Source of the DNA: Peribolospora baueri
Taxonomy: Eukaryota
NCBI GenBank assembly: GCA_029717555.1
Contig: JAMDHS010000066.1
Location: forward strand, 1-64,000
Direction: 5' to 3'
Length of the DNA: 64,000 nt
Made by a program: the position numbers and the translations under genes
Shown here: positions 34,956 to 49,369 of the stretch, piece after piece
Numbering within the stretch: position 1 is the first letter of the stretch
How the letters are laid out: each line of letters opens with the position of its first letter
Notes under the pieces: generated by a model
What the model was told of the DNA's origin: nothing
The model's input: only the letters and a program-made list of their open reading frames with translations
Databases searched by the model: none

Positions 34956-37382
34956 TTACGTCGATCCGTCCCTATTCAGCCGGTACTTGAAACCCCTGTT
35001 CACCAAGCCGTGAAGGAGCGACGATGACCGGCGCTGGCCAGGGTAGAACTAGAAGGAGTGGCTCAGCGACGCGCGCACACAGCGGCACAGACGCAACGGA
35101 AGCAAGGACTCACGCCTCGTGGATGAGCTCGAAAGACCTCCGACAGGACGGATGCGACAGGACGCATTTCGGCGCTTCCCACGCGAGGGCACGGACGGGG
35201 TGAACGAGACTGAGCAGGCGGAAGGGGCGGGAAGACGGCCGGCCGACTCACCCGGTTCGGTCTATGAGGTCGAACCGCAATCGGAACGACCCAGGAGCCC
35301 AAACGCCGAGCTCGGTGAAGACGAAGAAGCATTCGTCTGTGGGAAAGGGGGCACGACGACGCGCGGTCGGCCACCGTGTTCTCCTCCGTTTGTCGTCGCA
35401 TTTCAGGTCCGTCCACTCACCTCTGGCGCCGACGGCCTTGCTGAGAAAAGGACACTGAGGATTGTCCCCGACGAGGGGCGCCCTGCCCCCGTCGACCGCC
35501 GGTTCATCCTGGAACGGCGGATCCGCGTGGACGAGGCAGGCGAGAAGGAAAACTTCGACGGTGGAGAGATAGCGACTGAAGATAGAGAGATATGGATGAA
35601 TGGGACGAACGATCGAAATCGGACGTGAGATTGGCGCCAGCAGCCAGACGCCTCGCGCGTCGGTCTACTCACGCATCTTCCTCATCCTCCGTCACCAGTT
35701 CCACTATGGGAGGCGGATCGACAGGCTGCGTCCTCGCTGCGAAGGAGCGCCGAAAGGCCTCAAATGAGCTATCTTCGAAGCGAGTGGGACGTGACGAAAC
35801 GCAACGCTCGCAAGACCGGTCCGTCCCCCGCACCTCCTCTGAGCGCATCGTTGTCACACGTGCTCGTCGCCAGGCCATCTTGTGGGTGCTGGCGAACGCG
35901 CAGGGCGAACCGAGTGCGCGACCGCTGCTCCACGCGGCTGCCGTACCTGCCAGTCGGTCGAAAACAAACGAATCGTGGGAAAGGCAGGGGGAAGTGAGCC
36001 GGCCAGGCCGGAGCCGGTGACGTTGAGGAGCGCTGCAAAAGCGACGAGACATCGGGTGCATGACTCTAAAAGGGAACGGCTCACCGAAGGAGGTTATACT
36101 CGAGGCTGGGTAAGGTGAACCAATCCGACACGGCGCTAGAAGGGGCTTGCGGCTGTCTCGGGCCCGCGTCAACGTCGGCGACATTGGAGCGAAGCCGAGG
36201 TGGAGGTGGAGGAGGGTGGCGGTGGTGGTAAATGGGATGGAGGGCGGGGGTCTCTTGAAGATGCACGGAATACGACGGTGACGACGGGGGCGGTATCGAT
36301 ACCGTCGGCGGCACCGGTAGTTGCAGCTGTGTGGGCGGTGGCGGAGAGCTTTCATACCGGGATGGAGGCCACGCAGAGGACGACCAACGAGCACGCGGAC
36401 GGCGTGTCGATGGCGACGAGGCAGAGGCGGAGGTGGAGACGCGGCGATGACGGGGACTGGAGTCGGGCGAGCGCGGATGGGATGAAGACGCGGAGGAGGC
36501 GAGGACGTCGGCATAGTACGCTTGATCGAAGGAACGTCGTGCAGGATCGGAAGGGCGTGAGGGACGGGTGGGCGTCGGTATAATGGTACTAGAAGTGCGC
36601 TCTCGTCGCTCCCTGGAGGGCTGGTCGAAGGGCCGCGGTGGCCTTGGGAGAGGAGCGGAGAAGGGAGTGAAGTGGTTCTCGGCGAAGACGTACCCGGATG
36701 GCAGCGGCGGCAGCGGCGGCAAAGTCGGGTCGAAAAGATGGGAAGGATGAGGATGGGCAGGGAAACGGGTGGGATGAGGTTGGATGCGCGGACGTGCGCC
36801 TCTGACGTCAGGCCATGCCGACGTCGAAAAAGGCGGCAGAGGCCACCGTCCTTCGTTGTCGCCCTGTGGCTGTGGCTGTAGAAGAGGTTGAGGTTGAAGT
36901 TGGGATGCGTGAGCGAGAGGCCACCCTGTCTGGGATTGGATCCGACGCTGGGAGACCATCCACCGTTCTCGGTCCTCGAGCCATCGCAGCTCCTCGGGAG
37001 AGGCGTGCAGTCGAGGAGATGCACTCCCACTCCCAAGGTCTTCTGACGACCGCTGACGATCCTCGGCGTGTGCTCCAACTCCAGACGTCCCTCCGCCTCC
37101 ATACGCCGCGTGTCCATGTCCCGCTTGCGACTGCGATGACGACGGTCGGGTCGCTTCTTGCCACAGTCGCGCGGGGACGGCGAACGGGTAAAGCGGCTGT
37201 TCCGCATGGACCTGAGTTCCAAGTCCGACTTCGACTTGTGCTTCGACTTGAGCTTGGGCTTGGGCTCCGCTTCGAGTCCATGACTGGCCGGTCGGCTCTC
37301 CCTCGCCACTCGGCGGGAAAACAAGTGGGAGGGTGGGGCGGTGATCGTAGTCCCGTCGCGTTCGGTTTGGCGGTCGGCTCAT
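34956..37382 (-). CDS. divergent velvet-domain protein (C-terminal velvet domain, about 622 aa)
   Basis: Exons 37382-36085, 35946-35834, 35736-35673, 35575-35421, 35336-35252, 35174-35114, 35048-34956, all GT-AG and phase-consistent. Motifs FALRVRQHP, PVDPPPIVEL, FFVFTELGVWAPGSFRLRFDL, VLSEVFRAHP, FYPG...LVNRGFKYR. Confidence 0.85.
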
Positions 37383-38240
37383 GAACGGGTGTTGCCTGGC
37401 CCCCCTTCTCGCAGCGCCAAGGACGGAGGAGGGCGAGGAGATGGTTATGCTCGAGACGATTGAGTCCTCTGACTCCTTACTGCAGAGAGAGAAGGAGAGG
37501 GGGAAGGAAAGGCGACCGGGTCGACCGATCGATCCGAGGATCCGCTTTGGACGCGCCCGCCGCCCCCGCTCTTCGAGGCCGGCCGGAGGGGCGGGGGACG
37601 ACGTTTTTTTTTTCTTGTCTTTCTGTCCTTTTTTCTTCGTCGTCGTCTTCTTCTTCTTTCCTTCCCTCTCTTTCACGTACGCCTGCCGGATGGAGGAAGG
37701 AGAGAGAAGGTGAGATGACGAAGGCGGCAACGTAAAACGGCTGAGCCGGCGGTGTAACGTTAGAGCTGTCGTGTCGTCACCGGCGCCAAGATGTCGAAGG
37801 GGAATCGGAAGCGGGAGCCGAACCGCGCAAAGTCTGCGGTGCGGGGGAAAGGCGGAGCGGAGGAGGGATAGGATAGGAGATCGGATAAGTTGGGTGAGAT
37901 GAGATGACATCAGGTCCGGCGGCATGCGCTATGCGCTGTGCGCGGCGCGGCGCGGCGCGTGCGAGCGTGGATGAGGCCGAACGAAGAGATGCGATGGCAA
38001 GCTGCACCACACACAGCGCTCCATCGCCACTCACCCGGCTGCGCGGTGCACGGTGATATGATCTGCGTCGGTGGAGGAGGTGAGAGAGAGGGAGGAGTTG
38101 GGACGGGAGAAGGGGACGACTGGTGGACCGGCGAAGGGGTGGAGTAGAGAGGGAGGAGGAGAAGGAAGGAGGAGGGCGGGGCCGAGATGAGATGGAGGGA
38201 GGTGAGGTGGAGAAGAAGGTTTTAAGCGTCTCCGGTTGCC

Positions 38241-38276
38241 GTCTGTGTCTGTGTCTGTGTCTGTGTCTGTGTCTGT
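38241..38276. repeat. (GTCTGT)n microsatellite
   Basis: Directly visible. Confidence 0.85.
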
Positions 38277-39872
38277 CCTGTCTGTCTGTCCGTCGAAGGG
38301 ACGGAGGAGACGAAGGAGCAGATGGACCAGTCAGGCCAGCCAGCCAGGCCAAGCATGGCCGCCTCGCGGCGAGCAAGGCCAAGCTGACCGACCGGCTTGC
38401 CATCGCCCGTCCGACCATCGACCGGGGGACCACATGGGCCAGGCCAGGCCAGGCCAGCCTGAAGGGGATGGAATGGGATGGGAAAGGAAAGAAAAGAAAA
38501 GAAAAGAAAAGAAAAGGATGCCGGAGTCGCGTCTGTTGCAGTAGTAAGCGAGCAAGCTAGCAGAGGTGCTCATGTGGGTGCGGGCAGGTGAGTTTACGTG
38601 TGGCTATCGCAAGCACCATATGTACGTACGTACGCGCCGTACTACGTAGTACAGTACGTATACCTGGTGCCGCCGGATGGGGCGGACGAGTGGCGGTGGG
38701 CCGTCGTCGGTCGATATAGACGCTCGCCGTGTCGCATCGCGTCAGGCACGGCCGGCTAGGTGGTGATGAGGGGCGTGGCGGAGGGAGATGGAGGGGACGC
38801 GTTAGAGTGAGTATGCCAGCAAGAAAGGACAGCAGAGCGCAGCACGGTACAGCACAGAGTACACCATAGTACAGACGATACGTGGTCTATCTAGCACGTA
38901 ATCTACTCCATCTCACCTACGACGCCGTTAGCTGCTCGCCATTCGCCGCCCGGCCGCGTGTATGGTGCAGACGCAGATCGCCGTAATGCGCGACCTCGCA
39001 CCGGCTGGCTGTACCGCCGGACGCACTTGCGCTCGCCGCCGCCTCGACACGGACACGGGTGCGTGGCAAGACATAGACGTAGACGTAGACGTACACGTAC
39101 ACGTACGTGCTCTTCTCCGTCGCAGTCGTGTACCGTACCGATCCACAACCAACCGCACCGGCGGAGCTTTTCCAGCCGGTCCCGCTACCATGCGGCCCGC
39201 GCATCGCAGCTGTAGCCACGGCTGGATCAAGTCGAAAGTCAAAAGTAAGCATGTGACGACCAATGATGATCGCGCGAATGGAAATCCTACCTCCCCACCT
39301 CCCCATCCCTCACGCCATCGATCCCCTCCCTCCCCACGTCCTCGCACCGACGCTCGGACCGCCGGCCGGCCAGGCACGCCACGCCACGCGATGCCACGCC
39401 GTCCTGCGACGCGACGACGCGGAGCCGCATGTATCTGCGTCTGAATGCACCGACGGGACATAACCTTACCATACCGCACATGGCGTTTTGCTTTGTCTTC
39501 CAGTAGAAGCAGTCCATCGCTCGATCACACGACGAACGAGAGCGCTTTATCTTTGATTACCATCAGTCCCTTCATTGCTTGATCGATCATCTCAGTGAGC
39601 CGTCCTTGCTCATACGGGAGCCAAATCGACGAGATGTGATGGCGATGGATTAGGGTAGGCCGATCGCGATAGCATCGCATCCGCAACGCAACGCAACGCC
39701 TTCGCCTGTGGGAATCTCGACCATAACCCTAACTCGCCCGTGTTGGGGTATCAGCCAGCCAACGTGATCGACCGACGACGACGCGAACCTTCCTTCACCT
39801 TCCCCTTCCCGACTTCCGTCTCCTCCCACCACTTCGCCCCCCGTCTTCTCCTTCTCCATACGTCGAGCGATT

Positions 39873-41552
<1,680 letters not shown>

Positions 41553-41913
41553 TTTGAACACTTTTTCCTTTTGTTCGCTAGGATGGGATGCGATGCGGGA
41601 CGGCGAATCTCTCTCTCTTCGCTCGCTGTCTTTGTATCACTGCAGAAAAGGCTAGGCGACGAAGCAAGGGGCGGAGGAAGGAGGCAATGCAGCGCATGCC
41701 TTGGCCTTGTCTTTGCCCGCCGCGCCGAGCCCGTCCTCGTTTCGTTTCGTTTCGTGTCGTGTCGTCTCGTGTCGTCTCGTGTACGAAGAAGCAAAGCAGC
41801 TCGAGCACGTGCCCCATACATACATACATTCATACCATACCATCCATTCACGTTCCTTCCTTCGTTCCTTCCATCGACGACCGACGGACGGATGGACTAA
41901 CGAAAACTAAACG

Positions 41914-41986
41914 GATGTGGATGTGGATGTGGATGTGGATGTGGATGTGGATGTGGATTGGATTGGGGGGGGGGGGGGGGGGGGGG
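41914..41986. repeat. (GATGTG)n followed by a poly-G run
   Basis: Directly visible downstream of enolase. Confidence 0.85.
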
Positions 41987-42368
41987 AGGGCAGTCAAACG
42001 AACAACCCTTCTTTCCCTTCTTTCCCCATTACCCTACTCTATTTCCGCCTCTCTCCGTTCCGTTCCGTGCGTGCTCTCCCCCCGGGTCCACCACCCACGT
42101 CTTTGTCTTTTGCCCAGATGCACGGGTCGGAAGGAACGATGTAAACGGCACGAGGGTCGGTCCTGAAGTGGAGGCGACGCGGCGTCGGTGCGAGGTCCAC
42201 GTCCAAGTCCAAGTCGGTTGCGTTGCGTTGCACACTTGGGCGGCACGGCACGAACGGGCCGAAGCGAAAATGGAATGAAATGATTTTTGATTCCGATTCC
42301 GCATTCCACACTCCCGATTCCAACTACAACTTCCCCTACACATATAGACCGTGTGTAGGCTGCCGCAA

Positions 42369-42407
42369 GAAGGAAGGAAGGAAGGAAGGAAGGAAGGAAG
42401 GAAGGAA
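42369..42407. repeat. (GGAA)n microsatellite
   Basis: Directly visible. Confidence 0.85.
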
Positions 42408-43124
42408 TGAGAACGAAGAACAAAAAAAAAGAAAGAAGAGAGCATTGGGAGGAGGAGGCGGGATATAGACAGACAAGCTGAGTCGAGGAAGAAAAAAAGT
42501 TAGGGAGAGGCGGGGAGGGGGAGGAGGAGGACATGCAGGAGAAAACAAGCAGGCAGGCAGGTATGGGTTCTTGTATGTGTGTGGGTGACGGCGACGGCAA
42601 GAAAAAAGGTAAAACCAGCCATCAGATCAGGCCCTTGTAAAAGTGGGCAGAGTGGAATGGGGCGGGACGGGGCGATGAACGCGAAGATGGATCGGAGGAA
42701 AAGTACTAGGCGAAGGGAACACTAAAGGAGAGGGAGGGGGACCCAAAGAACGTGTACCGACTGAAAGTGGTTGGGTGAGGGATGTTTCAACGAGCGGACT
42801 TACGCGCCAAGTGGACGGACAAGGTGATGAGAACTGGGGATAGGACGGAGGGAAAGCGATGACGACGGACGAAGGGGATGGAAGAGATGGGAAGAAAAGA
42901 AAGACCAAGGGACTCGAATTAGAAGGGGGACGCAAGGGTAGGGTCGTCAGAAGTCGTCAGAGGTCGTGAATGCGAGTGGGCGAAACGGTGCGTGGCCAGC
43001 CGGTGGTGGGAGCGGGAGACGACGCAGACGAGACAGGCGGAAGAAAGGCGGATTGCGGAGAGGAAGAGGATAGATGAGGCGAGGGAGGGAAACCTGCGTC
43101 GAGAACGCATGGATCGCCGCTCGC

Positions 43125-46100
43125 TCATCGCGGATGCTCAAAGAAGCCGGTGAAGCGCTTCATATTCCGCCTGAGACGCTTGTGCCTTTCGTTTCCTGTA
43201 AAGTCCTCCGAGGAGGCCAGCGACGGAGACGCCATCTTCTTCCCTCCGCCGTTGGCCATCTGGGATCCCGATCCGGCCATCGTCCCGCCGCCGCCCTCGT
43301 CGTCATCGTTGTTGTGGAGCGAAGCCGCGCTTACGGAGGCGGACGTCAGGTTGTTGTTCGACGACCTGCTCAACGGCAACCGGCTCGTCGGCCGTTTGGT
43401 CAACCGACGGGTGAGGCCCGTCGTACGCCGCCGATCCGCTTCGGCGGCGACGGCGGTGGTGGACGAAGACGTCGTCGAGCCTCCGCCGGCGGCGGTCTGT
43501 CCTGGGGCGGGCGTCCCCGCTCCGCTGCCGCTCGGTCGGGTCGAGTCGCCGCGGCGGACGAGCAAGCGATAGGTGTCGACGACGCCACGAGCGATCAGGT
43601 TCTGACCGCGTCCGTTGACGTCCGACTGGAGGACAGAGGTATCGTCGATGCGCTCCCAATCCTCGTCGTCGTCAAAGTCGTCTTCCGTCTCTGCGATGGC
43701 CTCCGACAGAGCAAGGCCCGAGGCCAAGACCGACTTCCTCTTCGCCTCTTGCTGCTGCTTTTGCTGCTGTTGTTGTTGCTTTTGTGGCTGCTGACCCTCC
43801 TCGCTTCCGCCTGCTGCCTCGACCCCAGCGGCGTCGTCGACGTGGAAGCTGCCTCCAGACTTTGGCCTCGTCGAGGCAGACGTGCGCTGCCGAGCGGATG
43901 CGCTCTCGCCCAGTTGGCCGTCTCGCTGGTGGGACGAGTCAGGGGGCCCGACAGGACCGAGAGCGTCGACGGCGGCCTTTGCTGAAGCCTCTTCCGCCTC
44001 GCTGTCCTCCTCTTCCTCGTTCTCCTGCGCTTCGATCGAGGAGATGATCGACGAGGAATCGTCGGGCCGACCGCGATACGAGTACCCGTCGAACAGGCTC
44101 TTAGCGTCCGGATCCCGCTCGTGCGACTGCCGCGCCGCCGCCTGCGAGGAGCCGGCGCCCTTGGCCTTACCACCTTCCTCGCCCACGTCACCGTCGGCGC
44201 CCTCCTCGCCGTTGGCGGTCTGAACGGTAGGCTGCATGTCCAGGAAGGCCTCGTCAAAGTTCTGCGTGTCCAGCTCGTCCAGCGGGTTGGTGGGCGGAAC
44301 ATAAGGGGGGATATAGCGCTTGTGGAAGACATGTTGCCAGTCGATCATGGAGAAATACGGATGCTTCTTGATCCTCGGTTCCTTCATCCTCAACATTGGG
44401 TTCCGCTGGAGCAGGCCGCGCAAGATGCTCTTGGTGTCCGTGTCGAGGACGCGGTCCTCGGGGAAGATGAGGTCGTCGTGGAGCACGCGCACGTACATGT
44501 CGGCATGAGTATCGGCCCAGAAGGGAGTCTGAAGAGGACGAGCGACGGAAACGGAAGCGGACGAGATGAGCACGAGGACGGAAACGGAGAAAAGAAGACG
44601 AAGAAAAGAGAGACGGACTCACGATGCCAGTCAACATCTCATACAACATTGTGCCAAAGCTCCACCAATCCACCTCATAACTGTACGCAGATCCCTGAAT
44701 GACCTCGGGGGCGAGGTACTCCGCAGTTCCGCAAAAAGTCGTCGTCACATCCCTCTCGTCCCCGAACCGCCCACCGGGGCCCCAGAGGTTGGATGCGACA
44801 ACGCCGCCATCGGTTGGGGCTGGGGCTGGGGCGGCGCCGTCATCCGAGGCACCCATCCAAGGCGGTCGGTGCGTGAGGTCGCGGGACGAGTGAGAGCGAG
44901 GAGACATTGGCTGAGGAGTCATTCGGCCGGTGCCCGACGACGACGAGGCCGAAGGCGAGGGAAACTCTTTAGACAGGCCAAAGTCCGAGAGCACAATGTG
45001 GCCGTCCGAACCGATCAGCACATTCTCTGGTTTGAGATCGCTGTGCGCCCCACAAAGTGTGATATGAGACGAAAGGGAAGGAGAGGATGAGGAAACGCGT
45101 GGAACGGGAAGATACGACGGAGAGCATGGCTACGGAAAGATACGATAGCATGGCTCTCACCGATAAATAACGCCTGCCTTGTGCAAGCCCTCGACGCCTT
45201 CCACAATCTCCGCAGCGTAGAACCTCGCACGATCTCTGCCAAGTCTGCCCCATCGGGAGAGCTGAGTGGCGAGGTCACCGCCGTTGTGAAAGTCCATGAC
45301 AAGATAGAGGTTGTTCTTGTCGTGGAAGCTCCACCAGAGTCGGACGACGAACGGGTCCTGCACCTCCCTCGCCATGCGTTTCAGCACGGCCTGCTCGGTG
45401 AGTGTGTGCTGCAACTCTTGGTGAGCGAGCACGTGTCGTTTGTGGATGCTCTTCATGGCGTACAAACCCTGGCTCGGCAAGTGACGCACGAGGAGCACCT
45501 TGCCGGCGCAACCCTTGCCTAAGACGCGGATCATGTCAAAGTCGTCCACAGTCACCTTTTCCCTCCGCGCCGACCGCCGTTGCTCCCCATTGCTTGACTT
45601 TTTGATCTTCTTCGCCTTGGGCTTGGCACCGGGCGTGCTGCCGGCCTCATCGTCTTCGCCTTCCGTCTCTTGCCGCCCTGCCGTCCCTGCTTTGGAGGAC
45701 GAGCCGGGGGCAGTGGGCGAAGAGGTTGTCGTGGACGGCTTTGCTCGCTTGGTAAGCGTGGCTGCGGAGGAAGGACTGACGGTCGATCCGGCGTTTGACG
45801 GTGAGCGGCCGGTTTCCTTGTCCTGAGCCGACGACGCATCGCCGCCGTCGTCGTCGTCGTCGTCCTCGATGCCAAGCATCTTTCGAGTCCTCTTGGAACT
45901 GTACAAGCTCGCGATGGCTGATTGACGATCGTCGACCGAGCCGTCGTCATCGTCCGCATCGCCGCCGGCATCCTCGTCGCGGAGGTCCTCCACATCGCTG
46001 TCCGCCATGGTGCTCGATGCGGCCGCCGCCGCAGCAGCCGGGGCCACGACAGCGGCCTCCGAGTCTTTGGAGGCCGACGACACAGGGTCGGCGCCGGTTC

Positions 46101-47708
46101 GGCCGACTGGAACCGACTTGTCGTCGTTGGATGGGACGGGCGATGGATCGACGAGGTCTTCCATCTCGCCCACGTCACTCCTACTCCCGCCGGGCGTTTC
46201 GCCGACATTAACGTTGGTGGGCGCGACGAGGGCGGGTACGTGGACGGCGAGATCACTCCTGACGCGCCTGACGCGGCGTTCGACGCGCACGCTCTGCAAG
46301 TCCTCGGCGCCGACGCGGACGAAGCGCTTCCAGGCCTTGTGACGGCGGATGAAGGGAAGGTTGCCAATCGTGGTAAAGTAAGTGGCCAGGTCGTGCGTCG
46401 TCGAAGCCGTGCCATTGGCCGTCGTCGGCCCGGAAGCGCCGTTGACGGGGGAAGGAGGGGAGGAGGGAGAAGAGAACGGGGAGAACGCCCTGAAGACTCC
46501 AGTCGCGCCGGCGTCCTCTGTCAGAGTCGGGGTGGAGGTGGTGGCCGTCGGTGTAGTGGCCGACGATCTGTCCTTCTCCTTTTCCTTGTCGGAATCGGTC
46601 TTCAAGAACGACGGCGTCCTCCTGACCGCCATCATGCTATCGGCGATGGGCGTGCCGAAAGACGGAGGGGGTAGGATTGGCGGCGAGCTCGGTCGAGGAA
46701 GTACGTCCGGGACGACGGAAGAGAGGGCGGTGGAAAGGTTCGGCAGGGCGACGCGGCTACGGGAGTTGGGCGAAAGAGTTCGAGAGATGGTCTTCAAGAT
46801 CCGTCGGGACGTTTGCGACGTCTGCGGAAGAGGCGGTAAGGTGGGGAGGGTATTGGACGCCGACTGCGAGTCCCGGATCTGTGGACGGAGAAGAGCGGGG
46901 CGGTAGAAGGACGATGTGAGCAGCGTCCGCCGAGCCGTCCATTCCGGGACGTCGACGAACAACGCACCTTCTGATCAAGCTCAGTGATCTCAGGAACGGT
47001 GCGTAAGAGAGTGAGGTTGTGGGTCGGCGTGGTGACATAGAGAGTGTATGTGGTGTGCTAGAAGTGGAGCGAGAGAGAGGTGAAGAAGGAAGACGGTGAG
47101 AACTCGATCTACAGTCCGGCCAAGCGGAAAAAACCTACCTTGTTCCTCTTCCTCCCTGCCTTCTCCTTCTCCTTGGCCTCGGCGACGCTAACGCTCCAAG
47201 GCCGGTCGTCGTCGGCCTTGGAAGTGCTCCTCACGCTCCCGTTTCCATTGCCGTTGCCGTTTCCGTTTCCGTTGCTGTTACCGTTCCCGTTCCCGTTCCC
47301 GTTCCATTGCACCGCCGCCGCTTCCCTCTCTCCGACCAGTCCTCCGCCACCGGCGGGATGGTGGATATCTCGGAGGACGGCCACGTTCTCCTTCCCCTCC
47401 GCTACCCCAGCACCAGCACCGGCGGACTTTTCGAAAAAGCCCATTACCGTCGGTCTCTTGGCCGAGCCGGCCGGTCCGGCACCAGTGCCACTGCCGACGC
47501 CGTGCCCATGGGAGGGTGCCTCGAGGGCGCCGAGACCGACGACGGTGCCGTACTTCTTTGAGGAAGCGCGACTGTGCTTCGAGCTATGCGTCCCGCCCGC
47601 CAACGCCGGCCCGGTCACCGCCGTCGCACTCGGACCTCTTTTCGATGCTGCGGAAGGCGAGCCGGAGGCGGGTGCACCGATGGCCTGCGCTGTCGCGGCG
47701 ACGGGCAT
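43125..47708 (-). CDS. AGC-family Ser/Thr kinase with split PX-like N-terminal region
   Basis: [52 protein letters not shown] turn motif, FDGYSY hydrophobic motif. N-terminal YTLYVTTP...[14 protein letters not shown] and [24 protein letters not shown]. The start at 47708 is tentative. Confidence 0.88.
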
Positions 47709-49369
47709 CGTTGGTGATCAGGCTTGGTCGACTGACGAGTGGGACGGGAAGGGCAGAGGGGTGCGGAGTGGACAAGCAGGAAGGGATTGGGGACAGGTCG
47801 AGGCGTTGGCGGCGGTTACGACGCCGGTAGAGAAAGCAAGGCTAGAGGCGGAGGACGATGACGATGACAGTTGTGCGTCAGTGGTTGATCGTAGTGTAGA
47901 GAGTCGGGCGGAGATATGGGGTGAACGTCGTCGAGGCGGGCGAGGCTACCGGAGAGGCATGAGGGAGGGAGAGCGGAGGAGGGGAATGGATTGGTCGACG
48001 ACGGAGGATGAAGTCGGGTATCGATGGCGATGGGGGAGTCTTTTGCGTCCGGCGAGTGGAATGGTATAAAGGGTGAGCGGTGGATGGCCGGGATGGAGGG
48101 CGAGGGCGAGCTCGGCGACTAAGAGGGCGCCGAGTGTGCCCACCGAGGCGAGAGCGGTGAACTGGATGAGGTGCAGGTCAGGTATATGCGAGAACCTGAT
48201 CCGAGGAGGGCAGGGTGAAGCGGAAGGAGTGGAGTGGGTGAAGAACGAAGAGAGGGGCGGATGCGGAAGTAGTAGGAAGCAGGGCAAGAATTACGTCTGT
48301 CTGGTCGAGGGAGGATGATGATGGAATGGCCAAGGCGACGATCGCGGACGATGACGGCGGCGACGACGGCGACGACGACGAGACTGACCAGCCGATCCCC
48401 AACGCCAACAGGGGTGAAGGGGAGCGAGGGAGAGTGACAGGGAGCGGTGCTCGAAGCGACGGCCACTGGTCGACGGGCGCCCAGTGTCTTGGGTGCCAAG
48501 CGGTCTTCTGCTTTGTCTTTTTCTTTCTCTTCGACTCAAGAGGACAACGGGGGAAGCAAGACGAGTAGGAGGCGGTGGTGGTCGTCGAGGAGGAGGAGTA
48601 AGAGAGCGGTGATACACTGTGACACCTCTCCCTTCCGTCGTCCGTCGTCCGTCGTCCGTCCGTCGGTTCGTCGCCGTGGGAGAAAGGCCGTGCCTGGGCG
48701 CCCGTCCACTGAGAGCAAGCACCGTCTCGTCTCGTCTCGTCTCGTCTCGTCTCGGCTCGGCTCGGCTCGGCTCGGCTCGTGTCTGTTGTGGGCGGGGGAG
48801 CGAGGCGATAGGGAAGGGAGGCGGCGGTGAGGAAGTGGGAGTGGTTGTGAAGAGGAAAGCGGTCAGCAAGTCGAGTCGAGTCGAGGCTGGCGCTGAGCTC
48901 GACGACGACTGACCGACGACAGACAGCACGCCCGCCAACCCATCACCGCCCGTCCGCCGTCCGACCAACCAGCGCAGCGCGGCGGGACCAGCGAGGCGAC
49001 CACCAACGCAAGCCAGCGCCGCCTCTTTACTCGCCATTATCAAACCGGATAAGCAACTCCAACAAACAACGCGCTTGCCTCCCCTGTCTCCCCCTGTAAT
49101 TCACTCCCGCCATCCCCCAATCTCCTCCCCGCTCCCCGACTATCCCCGCCTACTTCCGCTCACCCGTGGCCGCCGCAGCTACGGCTACTCCCACCGCTGC
49201 CGCAGCAGGAAGAACCGCCCATGCGCCGCTGGTGGGCGCTGGCGGCCGAGCGAGCGAAGGAAGGACACCATCGTTCCTCTTCTCTTGCCAACGCAACGCC
49301 CACCCTTCACTCAGCCCTCCATCCTTCCCTTTCCTCCTCCCCTCCGCACGCTCATCCTCCTTCTTCAAA

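Noticed and set aside
35669..37324. 551-aa minus-strand ORF as a separate gene
   Set aside because: Alternate frame of GC-rich velvet exon 1; only its final PVDPPPIVEL exon belongs to the real protein.
41600..43100. Short ORFs in microsatellite-rich intergenic DNA (MWMWMW, FLPSFLPS)
   Set aside because: Translations of simple repeats between convergent genes.
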